IMG/VR virus record: IMGVR_UViG_3300029305_001452
Coordinates: 32,001 to 96,000 of that record
Reading direction: 5' to 3' (one strand)
Length of the DNA stretch: 64,000 bases
DNA from: a virus
Lineage: Duplodnaviria; Caudoviricetes
The notes under the pieces are model-generated. The model saw only the letters and a program-made list of their open reading frames with translations, had not been told where the DNA came from and made no database searches. Each line of letters begins with the position of its first letter. The stretch's first letter is position 1. A program made the position numbers and the translations under genes. Below, piece after piece: positions 57,919 to 64,000 of the stretch.

Positions 57919-58779
57919 ATGAAAATTTTAAGTTTATGTGACGGGATATCTTGTTGTCATATTGCACTTGATAGAGCGGGCATTACTGTAAAAGAATACT
58001 ATGCAGCAGAAATCAAAGAAATTGGAATTAGAGTAACAAAAGATAATTATCCTGACACTATCCATATTGGTGATGTGAATAAAATTAGTTATAGAGACGG
58101 TGTGTTATACACAGAGAATGGCAATTATAATGTTGGTCATATTGACCTTGTCGCTTTCGGAAGTCCATGTCAGAGCTTCTCACAGGCTATGAAGACTCAT
58201 ATGAGAGTTGGTCTAGAAGATAAAACGCGGTCTGGTCTGTTCCTAGAGTGCTACAGAATTCTCAAGGAAGTCAATCCTACATATTTCTTAATGGAAAATG
58301 TGGCAAGCATGAAGCAAGAAGATAAAGATTTTATTTCTAAGCTTATGGGTGTTGAGCCTATTCGTATTAATAGTAAGCTTGTTGGACCAGCGCTTAGAGA
58401 TAGATTGTATTGGACAAACATTCCTAATGTAACTCAGCCCAAGGATAAGAAAATTACTCTACAAAGTATTCTTACTAGTGGTTATACAGACAGAGAAAAG
58501 GCGCGAGCGTTGCTTGTTAGTGATAGCCGTCCGTTGACAGATAAGAAAAGAATGATGCACAGATACCGTGATACTGGCTTTACAACCATTATTTGGGAAG
58601 AAAAGGGTAACGACGATTCTATTCGGTATATGAATCAGATAGAGCTTGAGAGATGTCAAAATGTCCCTGAAGGCTATACAAAATGTCTAACAAGAAATGA
58701 GGCGGCAAATGTTCTTGGTGATGGTTGGAGTGTCGATGTAATCGCGCATATTTTTAAAAATTTAACAACACAAAATTAA
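57919..58779 (+). CDS. DNA (cytosine-5) methyltransferase
   Basis: SLCDG, GSPCQSFS, MENV, RDRLYW and LGDGW motifs. Confidence 0.88.
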   Translation: MKILSLCDGISCCHIALDRAGITVKEYYAAEIKEIGIRVTKDNYPDTIHIGDVNKISYRDGVLYTENGNYNVGHIDLVAFGSPCQSFSQAMKTHMRVGLEDKTRSGLFLECYRILKEVNPTYFLMENVASMKQEDKDFISKLMGVEPIRINSKLVGPALRDRLYWTNIPNVTQPKDKKITLQSILTSGYTDREKARALLVSDSRPLTDKKRMMHRYRDTGFTTIIWEEKGNDDSIRYMNQIELERCQNVPEGYTKCLTRNEAANVLGDGWSVDVIAHIFKNLTTQN

Positions 58780-58794
58780 TGAGGAGAAATAACA

Positions 58795-59823
58795 ATGAAG
58801 TATTTTAGTAATGAAATCGTGTTTAGAGGACATCCCGATAAGGTTTGTGATCAGATTAGTGCGGCAATTCTAGCAGAATGTGTAAAGCAAGATCGAAACA
58901 CTAGAGCAGGTATTGAAGTAGCTGGTGGCAAGGGTAAAATCTTTGTCACAGGAGAAGTAACCACTAAGGCTAAGTTTAATACAGAAGAGATTGTAAAGAA
59001 AGTGCTTCGTGATGTTGGATACAGTGACAACTATGAGGTCATTGATAATATTGGCAAGCAGTCCGCAGATATTGCTCTTGGTGTTGATGTTGGTGGTGCC
59101 GGTGACCAGGGCATGATGTTCGGCTATGCTTGTAATGATACTCCTCAGATGCTACCTACAGCAATGGTAATTCTACAGGAGTTTGCAAAGTTCTATGATA
59201 AGCTATGCCATAAGGATAAGAGATTCCTACCCGATGGTAAAGCACAGATTACTGGTCTTTATGATAACAGTTTTAAGCTTGTAAAGATTAAGGATTTCAC
59301 AATTTCTTATCAGAACACTGAAGAAGATAGAGATTATACCGACGCCATCCTAGAGGGCGCTGCAAGATTTATTTGTATTTCTAATGGTGTTACTGATATT
59401 GATAGATTCCTTATCAACCCTACTGGCAAGTTCCTAATTGGTGGCTTTGATGGCGATGCTGGTCTAACTGGCAGAAAGATTGTAGTTGATGCCTATCAGT
59501 CTTTCGCCAATGTTGGTGGTGGTTGTCAGAATGGCAAGGATGCCACTAAGGTTGATTTTTCTGCCTCTCATATGGCACGTAAGATTGCGTGTGAATATCT
59601 AAAGAAGCACGATTTAAAGTGGTGTGAGGTGCAGCTATCTTATGCAATTGGTGTAGCAGAGCCTCTTGCAATTTATATTGATAGTAATATTGGTAACATC
59701 GTTCCTGATGAATCTCTGTATCCTAGATGTACACCTAAGAATATTATTGACGAACTTCATCTACTAGATATTGATTATGAAAAGTTGGCAATGTTTGGTC
59801 ATTATGTGGAAGCAGAGGTGTAA
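58795..59823 (+). CDS. metK: S-adenosylmethionine synthetase
   Basis: GHPDKVCDQIS, GAGDQG, PDGK and DAGLTGRKI motifs. Confidence 0.95.
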   Translation: MKYFSNEIVFRGHPDKVCDQISAAILAECVKQDRNTRAGIEVAGGKGKIFVTGEVTTKAKFNTEEIVKKVLRDVGYSDNYEVIDNIGKQSADIALGVDVGGAGDQGMMFGYACNDTPQMLPTAMVILQEFAKFYDKLCHKDKRFLPDGKAQITGLYDNSFKLVKIKDFTISYQNTEEDRDYTDAILEGAARFICISNGVTDIDRFLINPTGKFLIGGFDGDAGLTGRKIVVDAYQSFANVGGGCQNGKDATKVDFSASHMARKIACEYLKKHDLKWCEVQLSYAIGVAEPLAIYIDSNIGNIVPDESLYPRCTPKNIIDELHLLDIDYEKLAMFGHYVEAEV

Positions 59824-59825
59824 TT

Positions 59826-60491
59826 ATGCCAAAGATGCTTGATTTATTTTGTGGAACTAAATCTATGGCAAAAGCTTTTGCAAGAGCTGGGTGGGAAACA
59901 TATACAGTAGACTGGAGTGAAGAATTTGAACCAACATTGTGTTGTGATGTCAACACTCTAACAGTTGATAAGATTATTGAGCTTTGTGGCGGAGTCCCCG
60001 ACTTCGTCCACATGAGCCCAGATTGTACATCTTATTCTGTTGCCGCAATTTCTCGTCATAGAAAACAAAACAAAGAAACTGGTGAGCTTGAAGCTATTTC
60101 TAATTATGCTAAATTTTGCGACAGTACCAATTCGTATATCATTGATTTAGTTGTCAATCAGTTAAAACCCACTTTCTATACAATTGAAAATCCTCGTTCT
60201 GCAATGAGGAAAATGTTCTTTGTTAGAGAGCTTCCTAGATATACAACTACATATTGCCAATGGGGAGACACACGAATGAAGCCTACTGACATCTGGACGA
60301 ATCTTCCTAATCCTAATTTTCCTTGTTGTAAAAATGGTGATCCTTGCCACGAGAAAGCTCCTCGTGGTAGTAGAACTGGCACACAAGGAATTAAGGGGGC
60401 AAAGGATAGATCTCGTATCCCAGATAAGTTGTGTGAATATATTGTGAAGCTATGTGAAAGTGGACTAAGCAACATGGACGGTGATAATTGA
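59826..60491 (+). CDS. short C5-methyltransferase-like protein
   Basis: LDLFCG, SPDC, IENP and RSRIP motifs. Confidence 0.75.
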   Translation: MPKMLDLFCGTKSMAKAFARAGWETYTVDWSEEFEPTLCCDVNTLTVDKIIELCGGVPDFVHMSPDCTSYSVAAISRHRKQNKETGELEAISNYAKFCDSTNSYIIDLVVNQLKPTFYTIENPRSAMRKMFFVRELPRYTTTYCQWGDTRMKPTDIWTNLPNPNFPCCKNGDPCHEKAPRGSRTGTQGIKGAKDRSRIPDKLCEYIVKLCESGLSNMDGDN

Positions 60492-61567
60492 TGATTTATC
60501 TAGACCATGCGGCTACAACTCCAATATGTGAAGTTGCGAAAGAAGTTATAAGAGAACATCTTGATGATTTTGGAAATCCAAGCTCCGGACACGAACTTGG
60601 TAGGCAAGCAAGAGTGTTAATTGAAGATGCAAGAGAGCGAATTGCTAGATGTATTAATGCAGAGCCTAATGAAATATATTTTACTAGTGGTGGATCTGAA
60701 GCTAATACTTGGGCATTAAATCAATTTGGTACAATTGCCACAGAACTTGAACATCATTCTATTAATGCTGCACGATATATGCCTGTTAATCCAAGCGGTA
60801 TTGTAAATGTAGAAGCATATAAAAATATGACATATTGGATAGGTGATGCAGTATCTTGTATGTATGTCAATAACGAACTTGGAACAATTCAGCCCATTAA
60901 AGACGTTGCTGAAATATCTCACGATAAAAAGAAGTGGTTTCATACTGACGCAGTACAGGCAGTAGGCCATATTCCTATTGATGTAAAAGATATTAATTGC
61001 GATATGCTTTCTGCGTCTGGGCATAAATTTGGAGCGCCTAAGGGTGTTGGGTTTCTTTATATAAAAAATGATTATCCAGACCTTGATCCTTTAATTTATG
61101 GCGGCAAACAAGAACAAGGTATACGTGGCGGCACAGAAAATGTACTTGGCATTATCTCTATGGCGGCAGCACTTGAAGATGCCGTGGAACATATGGAAGA
61201 GCACAACGCCCATATTAAGCATCTAAGAGATAAAATGTTAGATAAACTACTTCAAATTCCCGGTTCGCACCTTAATGGTTCATTAGAAAGCCGTGTCTCT
61301 AGTAATATAAACATTCGATTTTCTGGGGTTTCTGGAGCAAGATTAGTTACATTGTGTAGTTTGTATGGTATTTATATTTCCTCTGGATCAGCATGTAATG
61401 AGGGTGTTTCTGAGCCAAGTCATGCATTAAAAGCTATTGGTCTAACAGACGAAGAAGCGTTGAGTAGTATTCGTATTACCATAGGACATGAAAATACAGA
61501 AGAAGAAATTGACCAAGCAGCAAATATTATTACAAAGTTAGTTGAAAGGATGCGTAATGAAGATTAA
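60488..61567 (+). CDS. iscS: cysteine desulfurase (IscS/NifS family)
   Basis: YLDHAATT, GNPSS, FTSGGSEAN, HTDAVQ, SGHK and SSGSAC motifs. Confidence 0.92.
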   Translation: MMIYLDHAATTPICEVAKEVIREHLDDFGNPSSGHELGRQARVLIEDARERIARCINAEPNEIYFTSGGSEANTWALNQFGTIATELEHHSINAARYMPVNPSGIVNVEAYKNMTYWIGDAVSCMYVNNELGTIQPIKDVAEISHDKKKWFHTDAVQAVGHIPIDVKDINCDMLSASGHKFGAPKGVGFLYIKNDYPDLDPLIYGGKQEQGIRGGTENVLGIISMAAALEDAVEHMEEHNAHIKHLRDKMLDKLLQIPGSHLNGSLESRVSSNINIRFSGVSGARLVTLCSLYGIYISSGSACNEGVSEPSHALKAIGLTDEEALSSIRITIGHENTEEEIDQAANIITKLVERMRNED

Positions 61568-62156
61568 TTATAAGACCAGTATTTTTATTATTGTGGTCGT
61601 TGCATTAATTATTACTATTGCCTGTGCAAGATATTTAGCAACAGAAAACAATAGAATTAATAACGAACTTATAACAGCACAAAATGAATTAACCATTACA
61701 AAAGAAGAATTAATTTCAACGCAAGAAAGTTTGGCAGAAGAAATTAAAATATCTACTAATCTAAATAAGCTTATTGAAAATACAAATATAGAACTTGAAA
61801 GTTTAAACACGACAATTGGACATCTAAAGAACGAAGAATATGAATTTGTATATATGGGTGATTTTAAATACACATATTATTGTGATGAGAGATATCCTCA
61901 TATTTGTGGATATGGTGTTGGTTTAACTGCAAGTGGCAAACCCACAGAAGTTGGTTGGACAGTAGCAGCGGACACTTCGGTTCTTCCTATGGGTTCAATT
62001 ATTTATGTTGAGGGTTTAGGTTTTAGAGAAGTTATGGACCGTGGTGGTGGAGTAAATGGCAATCACATTGATATTCTGATGACAACCCATAATGAATGTT
62101 TTCAGCAAACTTTAATTAATGGTGGAATTTGGGTTTTAGTTCAGAAAGGGTCTTGA
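61557..62156 (+). CDS. 3D-domain protein with N-terminal TM and coiled coil
   Basis: TASG, VAAD, DRGG and HIDI motifs. Confidence 0.8.
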   Translation: MKINYKTSIFIIVVVALIITIACARYLATENNRINNELITAQNELTITKEELISTQESLAEEIKISTNLNKLIENTNIELESLNTTIGHLKNEEYEFVYMGDFKYTYYCDERYPHICGYGVGLTASGKPTEVGWTVAADTSVLPMGSIIYVEGLGFREVMDRGGGVNGNHIDILMTTHNECFQQTLINGGIWVLVQKGS

Positions 62157-62181
62157 CAATACAAAATTAATGTGGTATAAT
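62153..62181 (+). promoter_or_regulatory. sigma-A promoter with the 17-bp motif overlapping -35 and spacer
   Basis: TTGACA-ATACAAAATTAATGTGG-TATAAT. Confidence 0.8.
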
Positions 62182-62245
62182 ATCATCACAAACGGTACTA
62201 AGTAGGCTAATATAGGAGAAATCTTATGTTAGCCTTTTTGCAAAG

Positions 62246-62449
62246 GTGGTGTATATTATGATTAAAGTGGAAAATGAGTGCGTAGATTGTGGATTGCCGT
62301 GCCTATATTCATCTTGTCCATATTGGGCTGTTAAAAGATTTTATTGCGACGAATGTCATGACGAGGCAAAACTTTATTGGTATGATAATGAACAGTTGTG
62401 CTTAGATTGTATTGAGAAAAGATTAGAAAAGGTTGAGTGTGATGACTGA
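62246..62449 (+). CDS. small Zn-finger protein
   Basis: CVDC..PC...C, CDEC and CLDC motifs. Confidence 0.65.
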   Translation: MVYIMIKVENECVDCGLPCLYSSCPYWAVKRFYCDECHDEAKLYWYDNEQLCLDCIEKRLEKVECDD

Positions 62450-62593
62450 AAAGAATAAGAAAAAGGAAGAAGCTAAAAAGCAAAGAAACCTATGGCCATT
62501 TAGCCCCGTGACTAGAACGGTTGAAAGTAAAAAGAAGTATAGTCGTAGAAAGGATCGCAAAGACAAGAGATTATATGATTAAGGAGAATTATT

Positions 62594-63010
62594 GTGCAAT
62601 TAACAAAGAAAGATAAAACATACTTTAATATTGCAAAAGAAGTGTCAAAGCTTTCTGATTTTCCTAGGGTGCAAATTGGTGCATGTGCCGTTTATAAGCA
62701 TAAAGTAATTAGCACCGGATGTAATTCTCAGCGTACTAGTCCGCTACAGAAAAAATATAATCAATATAGATTTACGGTGGAAACACCTCATACATGCCAC
62801 GCAGAAATCAGTTGTCTGAAACCTCTAATTGGACGTAGAGATATTGATTTTAAAAATGTAGAATTATATATTTACAGAGAATATAGAAATAATGAATTAG
62901 CATTATCTCGTCCGTGTACAAGTTGTATGAAATTAATTTCAGATCTTGGAATCAAACACATCTATTACACCAATTCTGGTGGTTTTTCACATGAAGAAAT
63001 TTTAATTTAA
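62594..63010 (+). CDS. cytidine/dCMP deaminase-family protein
   Basis: HAE and RPCTSC zinc motifs. Confidence 0.85.
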   Translation: MQLTKKDKTYFNIAKEVSKLSDFPRVQIGACAVYKHKVISTGCNSQRTSPLQKKYNQYRFTVETPHTCHAEISCLKPLIGRRDIDFKNVELYIYREYRNNELALSRPCTSCMKLISDLGIKHIYYTNSGGFSHEEILI

Positions 63011-63022
63011 AGGAGAAATAAT

Positions 63023-63604
63023 ATGATTCAAATTAGAAGCAGTGTATTTGAAACCAACTCTAGTTCTATGCATAGTATTGCAATCCCTAGAAATTGCAAG
63101 GCGGTTAGTAGTGTGCATTTTAGCATTGGTGAGTTTGGTTGGGAGTGGGATGAAGTTGATGCTGCGAATTATTTGTATACTGCAATTTGCATAAATTCTG
63201 AAAGTGAATCCGAAGTAAAAGAAAAGATTGAAAAGTTGGAAAATATTTTGAATAATCATGGTATTTCCTGTAGCTTTGGACGAATTGAAAATCATGTTTG
63301 GCATGATGATTATGACAATACAGATTATTTCTGTCTTGATAATGGATATATTGACCATGGTTATGAGTTGAAAGAATTTGTTGACGAGCTTTTCAATGAT
63401 GAAGATAAGCTTGTAAGATTTGTTAGTGGTGGTCTTGTGTTTACCGGCAATGACAATTCCGATATGGAAGATTGGTGTTATATCAGAAGAAATCATGAAT
63501 ATTTAGATAAATATGATTGGCGGACTAAGACAAGTACTCAGTTTAAGAATCCGTATTATATGAGTAATCACGCAGATTATGAATGGTATGACAAGGGTAA
63601 CTAA
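63023..63604 (+). CDS. phage protein, FETNSSS family
   Basis: QIRSSVFETNSSSMHS; GYIDH. Confidence 0.7.
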   Translation: MIQIRSSVFETNSSSMHSIAIPRNCKAVSSVHFSIGEFGWEWDEVDAANYLYTAICINSESESEVKEKIEKLENILNNHGISCSFGRIENHVWHDDYDNTDYFCLDNGYIDHGYELKEFVDELFNDEDKLVRFVSGGLVFTGNDNSDMEDWCYIRRNHEYLDKYDWRTKTSTQFKNPYYMSNHADYEWYDKGN

Positions 63605-63616
63605 GGAGGCAAGATT

Positions 63617-63994
63617 ATGAAGCAGATTAGACGTGGAGTTTTTGAAACAAATAGCAGCAGCACACATTCTCTTACAATGATGATGAAGAATGATTATGAG
63701 AGATGGCATAATGAAAAGCTTTATCTGTATGAAGGTGGTTATGGTTGGGAATTTAGTAAGCCTATTAAAAATTCTCTTTATACAAAGGAAGAAGTTCTTA
63801 AATTTGCAAAGAATAATAGATATTGGCATGATTATGTAGAAGATGAATATAAAGAATATGAAATGCTGAGAGATATGGGTTTCATTGCTTGGGATGACGA
63901 GGGTAGTGAGTACCTTGAATGTTTCTATAAAGAGTTTACAACTCCTTCTGGTGAAACGATTGTTGCCTTTGGCGAGTATGGTTATGATGGTTAA
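63617..63994 (+). CDS. phage protein, FETNSSS family
   Basis: QIRRGVFETNSSSTHS. Confidence 0.7.
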   Translation: MKQIRRGVFETNSSSTHSLTMMMKNDYERWHNEKLYLYEGGYGWEFSKPIKNSLYTKEEVLKFAKNNRYWHDYVEDEYKEYEMLRDMGFIAWDDEGSEYLECFYKEFTTPSGETIVAFGEYGYDG

Positions 63995-64000
63995 GGAGAT

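Noticed and set aside
1-64000. Stop-codon reassignment, DGR or retron
   Set aside because: Genes are full length in the standard code; no suppressor tRNA or reverse transcriptase was found.

Overview
A 64-kb segment of a large SPbeta-like phage or prophage of a low-GC Firmicute (probably Clostridia); no virion genes fall in this window. Layout: (i) 1-6.4 kb, leftward small accessory genes ending at an HTH gene beside three 19-bp palindromic repeats; (ii) 6.5-7.1 kb, a non-coding divergence point where strand composition flips; (iii) 7.1-29.6 kb, about 60 mostly small rightward genes, including a radical SAM enzyme, an M28 peptidase, a Gp88-like protein and two large paralogous Cys-motif proteins; (iv) 29.7-31.6 kb, an intact tyrosine recombinase followed by an MrpR/YopR-like repressor; (v) 32.4-42.8 kb, an SPbeta yorF-L-type replication module (AAA ATPase, DnaB, primase, RecJ, DnaE); (vi) 42.9-49.7 kb, more small genes; (vii) 49.8-55.4 kb, about 16 tRNA genes, one split by an HNH-encoding group I intron, plus several unexplained structured RNAs; (viii) 55.5-64 kb, three C5 methyltransferases, MetK, a cysteine desulfurase, a 3D-domain protein and a deaminase. 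The main unexplained patterns are: about 16 TAAAA-N6-TTTTA sites at gene junctions that define single-gene cassettes (candidate integron-like system); at least 22 transcription-oriented copies of the 17-bp motif RACRRYACAAAATKAAT (candidate master-repressor operator); a helical-protein gene followed by a ~420-nt RNA with heptamer repeats and an ACCA end; and two paralogous 15-aa micropeptide genes among the tRNAs. All family assignments come from motif recognition by eye; no database search was run.
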